Positions 27,281 through 36,824 of a stretch of 49,651 nt of DNA are shown here, one piece after another. The notes below the pieces were generated by a model. The model was not told the DNA's origin. It did not search any database and was given only the letters and a program-made list of their open reading frames with translations. A program made the translations under genes and the position numbers. The stretch comes from a virus. Taxonomy: Duplodnaviria > Caudoviricetes. Location: positions 1-49,651 of IMG/VR virus record IMGVR_UViG_3300025018_000200; one strand, 5' to 3'. Position 1 is the first letter of the stretch. Each line of letters starts with the position of its first letter.

Positions 27281-27905
27281 TCGGGGCCGCCTCCCTCAGC
27301 GGGGGGATGCGAGCGGGGTCGACGCCCAGGGCGGAGATCTCCTGGATGGCGAACTGGTAGAACCGCTCAGCGTCCTGGTCGTAGCGCTCCTTCAGGAGCA
27401 GGAAGGCCGCCGCCATCGAGAGCAGGGGGCCCTGGTACTTCTCCATGACCGTCTCCCCACCGAAGAGCTCGTCGGAGTCGGCCGCCAGATCGGCCGGCAG
27501 GACGCTCACCTTGACGGTGACCGCGTCCGCGACCGTGTTCGTCGGGGTCAGGTAGACCCGGCTCTCGTCGGGGGCGACGACCGCCCACCGGGGGGTACCC
27601 TCGGCGGTGCGCCAGCCGGGGTAGGCCCGGTCGGCGAGCTCCTGGACCGTGAAGCCCAGCGCCCGGCCGCCGTCGACCTGCCCGGCGGTGACGTAGTCGC
27701 CGAGGAGCTTGCCGCTCACCGCCAGGTAGGGCGTGGCCTGCGAGACGGACCCGGTCAGGGTCTGCGGGACCCCCCGGGTGACGGCCGCGATGAAGCGCTG
27801 CGCGTCGTTGATCGCGTCATCGCGCTCCGTTGCGTCCCAGAAGACGGTGCTCTCCTCGGCCAGCCGCTCCCCGAGGCGGGTCCGCGTGGTGGCGAGGTCC
27901 CACAC
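27273..27905 (-). CDS. Head-tail adaptor (tubular protein A-like) 1
   Basis: FWDATERDDAINDAQRFIA, YPGWRT...GTPRW, VYLTPT; apparent paralogue of 26621-27280. Confidence 0.65.
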   Translation of the reverse strand: MWDLATTRTRLGERLAEESTVFWDATERDDAINDAQRFIAAVTRGVPQTLTGSVSQATPYLAVSGKLLGDYVTAGQVDGGRALGFTVQELADRAYPGWRTAEGTPRWAVVAPDESRVYLTPTNTVADAVTVKVSVLPADLAADSDELFGGETVMEKYQGPLLSMAAAFLLLKERYDQDAERFYQFAIQEISALGVDPARIPPLREAAPNG

Positions 27906-27906
27906 G

Positions 27907-28134
27907 TCAGAACCCCGAGATGCTCAGGCCGGGGAACTCGCGCCTGAAGTCGGCCAGGACCCGCTCACGCTCTTCCTTGAGCGACTTGAGCCGTTCCTCG
28001 GCGGTCTCGTACGCGAGGGTGGCCGTGCGCTTCAGCGCGTACGCCTCGCGGAAGGCGGTCTCGGAGCTGGCGATCAGGTCGCCCATGTGCTTGATGTGGT
28101 CCAGGTAGACGTCACGGACAGCCTGCGTGCTCAT
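27907..28134 (-). CDS. Hypothetical coiled-coil protein
   Basis: ATGA overlap; AAGGAG RBS. Confidence 0.6.
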   Translation of the reverse strand: MSTQAVRDVYLDHIKHMGDLIASSETAFREAYALKRTATLAYETAEERLKSLKEERERVLADFRREFPGLSISGF

Positions 28135-28370
28135 CGCCGCTCCTTGAAGCCGTAGATCCCGGTCGCGGTGGTGCCAGTGGCCCGGACCCGGGTGACCCGA
28201 ATCGGGAGCCAGGTGTCGGCCGGGACGCCCGTGAAGGTCACGTCGTTCCCGTCCTCACCTTGGACCACCAGGTTGCCCGTGCCGACCACCCAGAGGGCGT
28301 CAGCGCGGTTCACGTCGGTGTCGTCGGGGGTGATGGCGACCGCCCCGTCGTAGTTGCAGCCGCAGCGCAT
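28131..28370 (-). CDS. Head spike base protein, RcGTA Rcc01079-like
   Basis: AVAITPDD...ALWVVGTGNLVV...VTF...LPIRVTRVRATGTTATGI. Confidence 0.8.
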   Translation of the reverse strand: MRCGCNYDGAVAITPDDTDVNRADALWVVGTGNLVVQGEDGNDVTFTGVPADTWLPIRVTRVRATGTTATGIYGFKERR

Positions 28371-28373
28371 GGC

Positions 28374-28580
28374 TTACTGGATCCGTTCGAGGATCGCGTT
28401 GATGGCGTCTTCGATGGTCCCGAGCCGGGCGTCCACGTCCGCCTTGGAGGCAGCGTTGGAGCCCGTGCCGTCCACGCCCGTCACGACAGCGAGGGTGATG
28501 GACTCACCGGGGGTGGCGAAGGCGGTGGCGTTCGGGGCAGCGACGAGGGTCAGGGGGCCGGTCAGGGTCGTTCCGGGCAT
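28374..28580 (-). CDS. Small head fibre/decoration protein
   Basis: ATG at 28580 after GGAGA; C-terminal DARLGTIEDAINAILERIQ coiled coil. Confidence 0.6.
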   Translation of the reverse strand: MPGTTLTGPLTLVAAPNATAFATPGESITLAVVTGVDGTGSNAASKADVDARLGTIEDAINAILERIQ

Positions 28581-28593
28581 GTGGGGTCTCCCA

Positions 28594-28627
28594 AGCAAAC
28601 GGGGCGAGGCGATGAACGCCCCGCCCC
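28594..28627 (-). terminator. Weak terminator or attenuator hairpin after the major capsid gene
   Basis: GGGGCGGGGCG-ttcat-CGCCTCGCCCC-GTTTGCT on the - strand. Confidence 0.5.
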
Positions 28628-28646
28628 CAAGAGGTTAGGTTGTGAC

Positions 28647-29552
28647 TTACGAGCCCTGCGAGCCGAAGACGCCGACGTGATCCGAGAAGCCGAAGCTGTA
28701 GCGCTCGTACGCCAGGTGCTTCATGCTCTGGTTCTCTTCGATGTCCTTCATGATCTGGCGCAGGGGCCAGCGCTCGAAGTAGTGCAGGCCGGTCTGGGCC
28801 TTGGGCGCCAGGAGGAACCAGCTGTCCGTCGAGGTGAGGTAGCTCCACTCGACGATCTGCAGGCCCGAGCTGGACAGCGTGTTGATCGTGCGATCCGCCG
28901 AGTAGGGAACCGTCGGGGTGCCGAGGATCTCACGCGCGGTCGGGCCCAGCTGATCCGGGACGAGCAGGATCGAGGGGGTGACCGGCGAGAAGATGTCGTC
29001 GTCCGCCTTGTTCCGCTTGAGCTGGATCAGCGCGTTCTGGAGCGCCGTGTGCGACAGCGGGGTCGCGGTGGCGAAGGTGTTGCTCGAGGTGCCGCTGGCC
29101 GCCCCGTAGAGCGGGTGGTCGGTGGCGAAGAGCGCCTTGCCGTCGCCCCCGGGCTGGGTCGCGCTGAAGCCCAGGTTGAAGATCGTCGCGGCGACCGTCT
29201 CCTTCGTGGCGCGGGCCGCGCGAGCCAGGTGGCTCGGGAAGGCCTCGATCACGCCGGAGTACAGGTTGTCGTCGACGAGCTCCTGCGACAGCTGGTAGCC
29301 GAGGCCCCACTTGCGGTGGACGTACCGCACGGTGTAGCCGGGCTTCGCGTTGCGGAGCTGGATGTCCTCGAGCTCGTTGTAGTTCTGGAACGGCTCGAAG
29401 CCACCCCAGGTGTACTGCTCCTCGTACTGACGCTCGGACTTCTGCAGGTTGAACATCGTCTGCCAGAGTTCCGGGGTCTCGTTGTAGGCGCGGTTGAAGA
29501 CCTTGTTCAGGCCGGGCGCCAGAAGCTCAGAGAAAGTACCCGAGACCATCAT
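28647..29552 (-). CDS. Major capsid protein (HK97 fold, Mu gpT-like)
   Basis: FSELLAPGL...F, ELVDDNLY, LARAARATKE, GGDGKALFATDHP, LLVP, YLTSTDSWFL, ERYSFGFSD. Confidence 0.88.
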   Translation of the reverse strand: MMVSGTFSELLAPGLNKVFNRAYNETPELWQTMFNLQKSERQYEEQYTWGGFEPFQNYNELEDIQLRNAKPGYTVRYVHRKWGLGYQLSQELVDDNLYSGVIEAFPSHLARAARATKETVAATIFNLGFSATQPGGDGKALFATDHPLYGAASGTSSNTFATATPLSHTALQNALIQLKRNKADDDIFSPVTPSILLVPDQLGPTAREILGTPTVPYSADRTINTLSSSGLQIVEWSYLTSTDSWFLLAPKAQTGLHYFERWPLRQIMKDIEENQSMKHLAYERYSFGFSDHVGVFGSQGS

Positions 29553-30031
29553 TACGAGATCACCTGCCGGTTAGCGGGGAGGAACACGAAGCGGACGGGG
29601 ACGTTGATGTCGCCCACCGCGACACCATCTTCGACGCCGACGATGCGAACACGGGTGTTCGTGGTGTCGGAGCGGTCGATGGTCCAGTAGCCGGTCGCGT
29701 CGAGGACCACACCGAAGTCGCCACCGAGGTCGGCGGCGGCGTAGGTGCCCTCGAGCGTGCCACGGAACTCCTGGTCGGCCGTGGCGATGGGAACGCGGGC
29801 AACCACGGTACCGAACGTGTCGGCCGGGTTCGCGTCCGCGACGGAGTGCAGGGCGATGCCGGCGATCAGCGCGGGATCCGCGCCGACTTCGGCAGCGTTG
29901 CCGTCGGCATCGCGCAGGACGAGAGCGCCTTCCAGGAAGGTCTCACCCGACGCGATGGGGAGGTTGACGAACGTGTACCCATCGAGCCGCTTGACCGGCG
30001 CGATGGGACGGATGGCGTAGGTGGTCGCCAT
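29552..30031 (-). CDS. Capsid cement/minor capsid protein
   Basis: Beta-rich; FLEGALV...IAGIAL; directly upstream of the capsid gene. Confidence 0.6.
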   Translation of the reverse strand: MATTYAIRPIAPVKRLDGYTFVNLPIASGETFLEGALVLRDADGNAAEVGADPALIAGIALHSVADANPADTFGTVVARVPIATADQEFRGTLEGTYAAADLGGDFGVVLDATGYWTIDRSDTTNTRVRIVGVEDGVAVGDINVPVRFVFLPANRQVIS

Positions 30032-30051
30032 GCTGTTACCTCAAGAGGGGC

Positions 30052-30750
30052 TCAAAAGCCCGACATCTTCAGGCCGCTGCTGACCTCGTTCGAGATCGGG
30101 CCTGAGAGGTTCTTCACCCCGGCCTGATCGAGTGCTGCTTGGTTCTGCTCGTCGGTCATGCGGATGCGCCGCTTGGCCGCGTCTTCTTGCTCAGCGCGAT
30201 GCTGACGCCAGATGACGCGCGGGACGCGCATCAGGACCAGATCCCCGTACTGCATACGGGACCCCAGCTCGGTGGGCATGAGGAGGTTGAGGTAGTGCTC
30301 CGGGACCTTGCCCGTCTTCACTTCCTCCTCCACTTCCTCGCGGGTGACGACCCGGTAGCCACGAGCCTGCTTGGAGGCGATGTCGTTGCCGGTCGCCCGG
30401 CCCCAACCCCACGCCCACGCTCGGTCGTAGTACGGGTTGATGTCCCCGTCAGGGAGGTACACCTCGTTCATCGGCAGCTCAGTGAGAGAGCCACGGATCT
30501 CGAGCGTGCGGGCGCGAACCTCGAAGCCCTCGGGGAGAACGTCCCCGAACTGCTCCGCGTACGCGGCTGCCTTCTCGAGCTCCTTGACGTACTCTTCGGC
30601 GGCTGCCTTGCCCTCGAAGACCTTGCCGGTGCCCCCCACCAGGTACTTGCCGAACCCCTTGTGGGTCAGCTTGTACTTGCCCACAGTGGCCTCGGCCACC
30701 ACGGGCTCCTCGGCCGGGGCCGGGGTCGCTGCTTGCTTGGCCTCAGCCAT
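30052..30750 (-). CDS. Head-associated hypothetical protein
   Basis: GGAGGG RBS before ATG 30750; WGW...RGYRVV...GDLVLMRVP pattern between scaffold and capsid genes. Confidence 0.7.
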   Translation of the reverse strand: MAEAKQAATPAPAEEPVVAEATVGKYKLTHKGFGKYLVGGTGKVFEGKAAAEEYVKELEKAAAYAEQFGDVLPEGFEVRARTLEIRGSLTELPMNEVYLPDGDINPYYDRAWAWGWGRATGNDIASKQARGYRVVTREEVEEEVKTGKVPEHYLNLLMPTELGSRMQYGDLVLMRVPRVIWRQHRAEQEDAAKRRIRMTDEQNQAALDQAGVKNLSGPISNEVSSGLKMSGF

Positions 30751-31636
30751 TGTTCCCTCCATAGAAGGCGGTGTACTCCGCCGGGGTCATGCCGAACCGC
30801 TTGGCGATCTCCTGCTGCTGCGGGGACAGGGACGGCTGCTCGGGCTGCCCGAAGTTCGCAGCGCCACCGGGGGTCTCCGAGAACGGGACCTGGCGAGGCT
30901 GTTGGGTAGCGGTGAGCATGCCGGCCTGAGCCCGGGCGATGCCTTCGATGGCCTGCAGCGTCTGCGGGGTCAGCTGCATGCCGCGCTGAGCGGCTTGAGC
31001 GACCAGCTGGTTGAACGCTGGGGCCACCTGGGAGAAGCCTGGGTCGGCCTGGGAACGCTGGGAGACGTAGCTGTTCAGCTGCTGCTGGAGGAACGTCTGC
31101 TGGATCGGGGAGATCTGCTGCGTGATCTGCTGGCGGAACTGCTCGAGCAACGGGCCGCCCTCGGTCTGGATCAGCAGGGAGACGAACTCGCGGAGACCCG
31201 TCACCGGGTTGTTTGCGATCTTGTCTCGCCACTGCTTCTGGACCTGCGGGTCGGCGAAGTCGGGCACGTTCGCCGGACGAGCCTGCTGCGGCTGCTGCCC
31301 CACCATGCCCGTCGGGGAGAACCCCTGGGGCTGCTGTTGGAACTGCGGCTGCTGCGGTTGAACCTGAGCTCGAAGCTGGTTGCGCTCGTTCAGGACCTGG
31401 TCAAACCGCTCGCGGGGGATGAACTGCTCGCGGTTGTCCGGGGAAGAGGTGACCGCTCCATGCGCGGGAGCGGACGCGGCGGGCTGTGTCTGGTCCTTCG
31501 GAGCGTTCGACGAGGACGCTCGAGCCGCCATGTAGCGTTCCAGCGAGGAGATCTCGTTGGACTGCGGGGCGGGGGCCTTGTTTTCCGTCGGGGCCGGGGA
31601 CGCAGGGGCCTGCGCCTGGTTCTGTTGGTCGGGCAA
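30743..31636 (-). CDS. Capsid scaffolding protein, Gln/Pro-rich
   Basis: TTG start after AAGGAG; IPRERFDQV; C-terminal LSPQQQEIAKRFGMTPAEY helix typical of scaffolds. Confidence 0.75.
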   Translation of the reverse strand: MPDQQNQAQAPASPAPTENKAPAPQSNEISSLERYMAARASSSNAPKDQTQPAASAPAHGAVTSSPDNREQFIPRERFDQVLNERNQLRAQVQPQQPQFQQQPQGFSPTGMVGQQPQQARPANVPDFADPQVQKQWRDKIANNPVTGLREFVSLLIQTEGGPLLEQFRQQITQQISPIQQTFLQQQLNSYVSQRSQADPGFSQVAPAFNQLVAQAAQRGMQLTPQTLQAIEGIARAQAGMLTATQQPRQVPFSETPGGAANFGQPEQPSLSPQQQEIAKRFGMTPAEYTAFYGGNNG

Positions 31637-31695
31637 GTGGGGCTCCTTCCGGCGGGACGAGACCGAAGGTAGTGTTTACCGTCCCAGTACCTAAT

Positions 31696-31725
31696 ACCCT
31701 ATCACACTTTGGGGGTGTCTGTCAA
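31696..31725 (-). promoter_or_regulatory. Sigma70-type promoter for the scaffold/capsid genes
   Basis: TTGACA-18 nt-TAGGGT with a TG extension. Confidence 0.7.
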
Positions 31726-31970
31726 GCCCCCCTCTCGGATCGAAGCTGCTTCGCGTGCCGCTCGGCCTTCTCTTCGATGGTCGTCACGAGCTGTCGGAGC
31801 CCCGCTAGACGGCTCGAGTGGCCCTCCTTCGCCACCAGCTCGATCAGGGAGGTGCTGGGCTGGAGGAGGCGGGCAGTGACGCCCACCTCCATCTCACGGA
31901 TCTCGCGCTTGATCGCTCGCCAGTACGGGCCGGTCGTCAGCTCGAGGAGGATGTCCAGGTGCTCTTCCAT
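31722..31970 (-). CDS. Small helical protein downstream of portal
   Basis: TGATG coupling; GPYWRAIK pattern and position common in podoviruses. Confidence 0.65.
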   Translation of the reverse strand: MEEHLDILLELTTGPYWRAIKREIREMEVGVTARLLQPSTSLIELVAKEGHSSRLAGLRQLVTTIEEKAERHAKQLRSERGA

Positions 31971-33787
31971 CAGCCGGCCGCCTGCTGGGCCGCCTGAGCG
32001 CCCTGCTGCATGCCCTGCTGCATCCCCTGCTGGAACGCCTGCTGGAGCTGCTGCTGGATGACGCTCCAGGGCGGGCCAAGGACCTCGGTGCGGTTCTTGA
32101 TGTCGTAGGAGGCGAAGACCTCGTCGAGGAGCTTCTGGATCCCGTCAGGGTAGAACTGAGAGAGCGGGCCGGTGGCGACCTGGAGGAGGAAGGTCAGCTG
32201 CTGCCGGCGAGCCTCCTTCGAGGAGTCGGAGTGCATCCCGTGGGGGGTGAACTCGAAGGGCATGAGCCCGTTCTGCGTCGGGCGCATCTCGTCCTTCGTG
32301 ATCGTGGCCTCTTGGCCGTCCACGAGGAAGGCGTCGACGTACGGGCGGTACTGGTACAGCAGCCACCAGATGACCCACGCGAGCTTCTTCATGCCGCTCT
32401 GGAAGCGGCTCACGTTGATGTCCATGCGGGCCAGGCCTTCGGAGGTGACCCGGTTGACCGCCGTCGCGGTGGCGTACGGGGAGCCCATCCGGCCCATGAA
32501 CACGTCGCTCATGCCGGTCATGCGCTCCGTGAAGGCCATGATGTCCTGCTCGTGCGCGAAGAGCCCGTTGGGGACGTCGGACATCGCCAGCTCGATCAGC
32601 TCGGCGGGGTCGTTGACGTCGATGACCATCCCCGGGCGCCACGGCTGCTCGACGGGGTCCCAGCGGGCGCCCGTGCGGCGGAGGAGCGGCGGGGCGATGC
32701 GCCGTGCGACCGCGTCCGAGCGCATGTTGTGCAGCGTGGTGAGCTCTTCCTGCTGCGAGGAGAGCATGTCGGCCATGCTGCGGGCCCAGAAGAAGTTGGG
32801 CCGGGGGTAGACCGCGAAGCTCAGGTAGGGCGCCCGGCCGTACTCGTACGGGTAGGGCTCGACCCGGAGCAGGATCTTGTGCTCGGGGCTGAACGCGAAC
32901 AGGGTCGGGGTCGGGCCGTCCCCCCAGTCGTAGGGCCCGTAGAGCTCGACGATCTCGTACTGGCGGGTCTCTTCGTACTCGCCCGAGTAGTCAGAGGTGG
33001 CCAGGACCTGGCTCGGGTTGGGGGTCCGGTCCAGGGTGCTGTCCCCGTCCGTCCGCTCGAGGAGCTCCTTGACGTTGAAGTAGTGCCCGGCCCGCTCCCG
33101 GTCCAGCAGCTGCTGGTGGGTGCGGAAGACCCGGTGCCCGACGTAGACCGCGTCCTCGATAGTGGGCGCGTCGGCGGGGATGTGGACATAGTCCTTCAGC
33201 GGCACCGGGCGGGCGGCGGGGCCCTCGTACTCGGTGATCATCTGGGGGCCCGTCTGCTGCTGCATGAGCCCCGTGGCGGGGTCCGGCATGGCGACCTGGG
33301 GGATCTGCCTGGTACGGCGGTCCCAGTCCATCCTGACCACGCCCACGCCCTCGATCAGCATGTTGTGGATGACCATGTCCAGCCGGTCGGGGAGCGACAT
33401 CTCGTCCGCCCAGTAGTCGAGGTACGCCTCGGCCTTCTTGCCGAGCATGACCCCGGAGCTGGAGCGGGGCTTCGAGAGCCACAGCGGGTCCACGTCGAAG
33501 ACCGCCTTGGCGATCCGCGCGTGGATGCTGTCGATGGTCGCCATGATCAGCGGGACCTGGTAGTTGGCCGCCCCCGGCCAGGGGAAGTTCTTCTTGCCCT
33601 GCTTGGCGGCCTCGTACATGGCGTGCCACTTGTCGATCTTCTCGTGCAGGGGGGCGATCTGCTGCTTGAAGCGGTCGTACTGGGTGTAGAGCCGGCGGAC
33701 CAGCTTCTCCTGCTCGGTCACCGGAATCGGCGGCGGCAGGGGCTGCTGGTCCATCATCTGCTCAGGGGACGCGATCTGATCGCTCAT
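31970..33787 (-). CDS. Portal protein
   Basis: PWPGAANYQVP, LIEGVGVV, TGMSDVFMG...TATAV and Gln-rich C-terminal helix; 605 aa; follows terminase. Confidence 0.88.
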   Translation of the reverse strand: MSDQIASPEQMMDQQPLPPPIPVTEQEKLVRRLYTQYDRFKQQIAPLHEKIDKWHAMYEAAKQGKKNFPWPGAANYQVPLIMATIDSIHARIAKAVFDVDPLWLSKPRSSSGVMLGKKAEAYLDYWADEMSLPDRLDMVIHNMLIEGVGVVRMDWDRRTRQIPQVAMPDPATGLMQQQTGPQMITEYEGPAARPVPLKDYVHIPADAPTIEDAVYVGHRVFRTHQQLLDRERAGHYFNVKELLERTDGDSTLDRTPNPSQVLATSDYSGEYEETRQYEIVELYGPYDWGDGPTPTLFAFSPEHKILLRVEPYPYEYGRAPYLSFAVYPRPNFFWARSMADMLSSQQEELTTLHNMRSDAVARRIAPPLLRRTGARWDPVEQPWRPGMVIDVNDPAELIELAMSDVPNGLFAHEQDIMAFTERMTGMSDVFMGRMGSPYATATAVNRVTSEGLARMDINVSRFQSGMKKLAWVIWWLLYQYRPYVDAFLVDGQEATITKDEMRPTQNGLMPFEFTPHGMHSDSSKEARRQQLTFLLQVATGPLSQFYPDGIQKLLDEVFASYDIKNRTEVLGPPWSVIQQQLQQAFQQGMQQGMQQGAQAAQQAAG

Positions 33788-35025
33788 GGCTCACCTACGA
33801 ACGTGACGGGGAACTCGGCCACCGGGCCCAGGTCCTGGTTCCAGAGGATCCCGGTGATGCTCTTCGCGTTGTGGTTGAAGAGCCGCTCCGAGGCCCAGGT
33901 GTTGTCGGGGGTCGGGGTGCGGAACCGGCGGAGCAGGACCCCGTGGACCTCGTCCTCCCGGCGGGTGTGCAGGTGCCCGAGGTGAACCTCGAGGACCCGC
34001 TTCTCGGTCGTGTTGAACTCGCGCATGAGGGTCATGGCGATGTCCTCGTTGCGCTGCTTGTCGCCGTGCCACAGCCCGATCAGGTTGACGCCCCAGTCGA
34101 TGGCCGCCCGGTCGGTGTTCCGGTGGACGGTGACCTTGGGGTGCTCACGGAAGAGGCCCGCCAGGCTGTCGACCGCGTAGAAGGCCCGCTCCCGGTCGTG
34201 GTTGCCGCTCAGGATGTAGAGGTCGACGTGCGCGAGGTGGGCAGTGTTGCGGACCAGGGTCCCGATGAAGTTGCGGATCGCCAGGTAGCTCTCGCGCGGG
34301 TCGCCCTGGACCTGCTGGGGGGTGCCGTTGGAGGTGGCCCCGTTGCCCTCGTGGTCGAAGGTGTCGCCGAGGAAGACGAACGCGACCCGCTCGATCCCGT
34401 CCGGGTAGGCCCCGTCGGCGCGGTCGATGATTCGGTCGACCGCCTGCCCGACCCGCTCTAGGTGCTGCTCGAGGCTGGTGCCGAAGCTGGTCAGCTTGTC
34501 GGCGTGCAGGTCGCTGATGACGATCTCGAGCAGGTTGCCGGAGGTGGCCGTCCAGCCGTCCGTCGGCTCCCACTGAGGCGACAGGGCCGCGAACCAGTCG
34601 GTGACCGCCTCCCGGTCGGCCGCCTCGAGGCCCTTGTACTCGACCTCGCAGAAGTTGGCCTTGACCTGGAAGTTGGGGCTGCTCTCGTTGCCCCAGAAGT
34701 TGAAGAGCTGCTGGGTGGGCTTCCACCGCTCCAGGTCGATCTCGTAGAACTCGACCAGCTCCTCGAAGGAGGTGATCGGTAGCCGGCCGGCCTTGAGGGT
34801 GATGGACCGCTCGGTCCCGTTGATCTCCTGCCGGATGCTGACGGTCTCGGTTTGCGTCTCAGCAGGGAGCTCCCCGCGCTCGGCAAGATCGCTGAGCCGG
34901 CGCCCCTGCTCGGAGTGGGCGCCCAGGATCTCCCGGGCGAAGGCCTTGAGCGGGATCTCTGGGTAGCGGTCCCGGATCCCGATCAGGATCTCGGTCGCGG
35001 ATCGTTCGTCGGTGATCAGTGGCAT
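33784..35025 (-). CDS. Calcineurin-like metallophosphoesterase
   Basis: SDLH, LGDTFD, SGNHD, WHGD and HLGHLH motifs. Confidence 0.85.
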   Translation of the reverse strand: MPLITDERSATEILIGIRDRYPEIPLKAFAREILGAHSEQGRRLSDLAERGELPAETQTETVSIRQEINGTERSITLKAGRLPITSFEELVEFYEIDLERWKPTQQLFNFWGNESSPNFQVKANFCEVEYKGLEAADREAVTDWFAALSPQWEPTDGWTATSGNLLEIVISDLHADKLTSFGTSLEQHLERVGQAVDRIIDRADGAYPDGIERVAFVFLGDTFDHEGNGATSNGTPQQVQGDPRESYLAIRNFIGTLVRNTAHLAHVDLYILSGNHDRERAFYAVDSLAGLFREHPKVTVHRNTDRAAIDWGVNLIGLWHGDKQRNEDIAMTLMREFNTTEKRVLEVHLGHLHTRREDEVHGVLLRRFRTPTPDNTWASERLFNHNAKSITGILWNQDLGPVAEFPVTFVGEP

Positions 35026-36423
35026 CTAGCTCCCGTAGAGGCCCGCATGCGAGTCGGGGACCTCCAGCCCTTTCCTCTTCCGCTGCTCGCGGAGGAACAC
35101 GGTCTCGTCGTTCTCGTCCTTGGAGGCACGCTCGCTCTTGATGACGTACCGGACGTCGTTCCGCCAGAGCCACCGGACGGACCAGACGGCGTAGCCGATG
35201 GCGTCCATCGCGTGGTTGTCGCGGTCGAGGGGCTTGCGGTCCTTGTCCCGGTAGAGGCGGTCCTCCTCGGGGTACTGGTAGAGCTGGAACTCGTCCCTGA
35301 CGAACGGGGCGCGGTAGCTGACCTTGAAGCGGTTGTGGTCCGCGAAGATCGCCAGCTCCCGGATGCGGTCCTCGATCTTGGGCTTGACGACCGGCTGGAC
35401 GGGCATCCCCCGGGCCCGCAGGTCGCTGATCAGGTCGGGGCGGGCCGAGTCGGCGTACCAGCTCTGGACCCCGTACTCGGCGGTCAGAATGGCCAGCTGG
35501 TCGGCCATCTCGTTGAGATCCATCTGGGACTCGTAGAACCCATCAAGCGCGAACCAGTTACCGTCCCGGTACCCAAGCACGATGGCGGCAGACGGGTCGG
35601 TCCAGCCGAAGTCGAGCCCGCCGATGATCTGGGTGAACTCGCCCAGGTTCTCGTAGAGCTGCTTGTGGGGCAGGAAGTTGCCCTCGTCCCACTTGAAGAC
35701 CAGACCCTCGTAGCTGACGAACTCACCGGAGATCTCCTGCTTCGCGTAGGCGCTGCCCTTGCCGTACTGGTCCTCGAGCTGCTTGACCGCGTCCTCGGAC
35801 AGGTACTCGACGTTGTCCCAGGTGCTGCCGAAGACGGTGGCGTAGGCCGTGTGGTAGAGCTGGGGGTCGTGGTCGGGGTGCCCTGGCTCGCAGCTCTTCA
35901 GGTAGAGCCGGCGGTAGACCCAGTTCTGCTTCCCGCGCGGGGTGGTGGTGCCCAGGAAGCTGCCCCCCGTGGCGAGCAGGGTGGGCACGAGGACGTCGAA
36001 CGCCTCCTCGGCGGCCTTGGCGACCTCGTCGAACCAGACGGCCGAGACCGTGGGGCCACGGAGCGCGTCGGGGTCGTCGGCCGAGTGGACCTCGATGATC
36101 CACCCGTTGGGGAACTCGTAGGTCGGGATCGGCTGCTTCGTGTGCTTGATCCGCGCCCACAGCGCCGGGTCCGACTTCAGGACCTCCTCGAGCTTGCGCT
36201 GCATGACGCGGGCCATGCGGTAGGTCGGTGCGACGGCGAAGGCCAGCTTGACCTTCACCCCGGGGCGCATCGTCTGCGTGAGCAGCCAGCGGGCCCCGAA
36301 GTGGCTCTTTCCACCCTGGCGGCCGGAGACCATCAGGACGAAGCGTGACCCGCCCCGGAACGCCGCGATCACCTTCTCCTGGAGGGCGTTCAGGGCGCCG
36401 AACGCGAGCTGGACGACCTTCAT
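35026..36423 (-). CDS. terL: Terminase large subunit
   Basis: Start MKVVQL at 36423; Walker A SGRQGGKS, Walker B WFDEVA, TTTPRG, nuclease GLDFGWTDP and DNHAMDA. Confidence 0.93.
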   Translation of the reverse strand: MKVVQLAFGALNALQEKVIAAFRGGSRFVLMVSGRQGGKSHFGARWLLTQTMRPGVKVKLAFAVAPTYRMARVMQRKLEEVLKSDPALWARIKHTKQPIPTYEFPNGWIIEVHSADDPDALRGPTVSAVWFDEVAKAAEEAFDVLVPTLLATGGSFLGTTTPRGKQNWVYRRLYLKSCEPGHPDHDPQLYHTAYATVFGSTWDNVEYLSEDAVKQLEDQYGKGSAYAKQEISGEFVSYEGLVFKWDEGNFLPHKQLYENLGEFTQIIGGLDFGWTDPSAAIVLGYRDGNWFALDGFYESQMDLNEMADQLAILTAEYGVQSWYADSARPDLISDLRARGMPVQPVVKPKIEDRIRELAIFADHNRFKVSYRAPFVRDEFQLYQYPEEDRLYRDKDRKPLDRDNHAMDAIGYAVWSVRWLWRNDVRYVIKSERASKDENDETVFLREQRKRKGLEVPDSHAGLYGS

Positions 36424-36824
36424 GCAGGGCCTTTGGGCGTGGTGTCCCACTCCCCGCCGACGACCCACAGGGTGTCGGTGCTCTCGTCCGCCATGCCGGC
36501 CGCGTCCATCCCGAGCCGGGTCCACTGCCGCAGCTCCTTGCTGGCCTCGATGCGGTCCTTGAGGGTGAGCCCCTCGTCGAGGAAGATCCGCTCGAGCACG
36601 TCGCTGGCGACCTCGATGCGGCCGATCTTCGTGTCCAGGGTCCCGGCCGCGACTTCCTTGGCGCGGTTGACGTCTGCGGCCCGCTGGACGCTGCCCTTGA
36701 TCTTGACGACCATGGTGATGGGGACGACTCGTCCCAGCTGCGCGCCGACATCCTTGGCCACCTTGGCGAGATCGTCGCTGGGGTGGCGCATGATGGCCTG
36801 TTGAAGCTCGGGGTCAACCTTCAC
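36420..36824 (-). CDS. Putative terminase small subunit
   Basis: GTG at 36824 after GGAGG; helical; KDRIEASKEL; overlaps the terL start (ATGA). Confidence 0.6.
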   Translation of the reverse strand: MKVDPELQQAIMRHPSDDLAKVAKDVGAQLGRVVPITMVVKIKGSVQRAADVNRAKEVAAGTLDTKIGRIEVASDVLERIFLDEGLTLKDRIEASKELRQWTRLGMDAAGMADESTDTLWVVGGEWDTTPKGPA

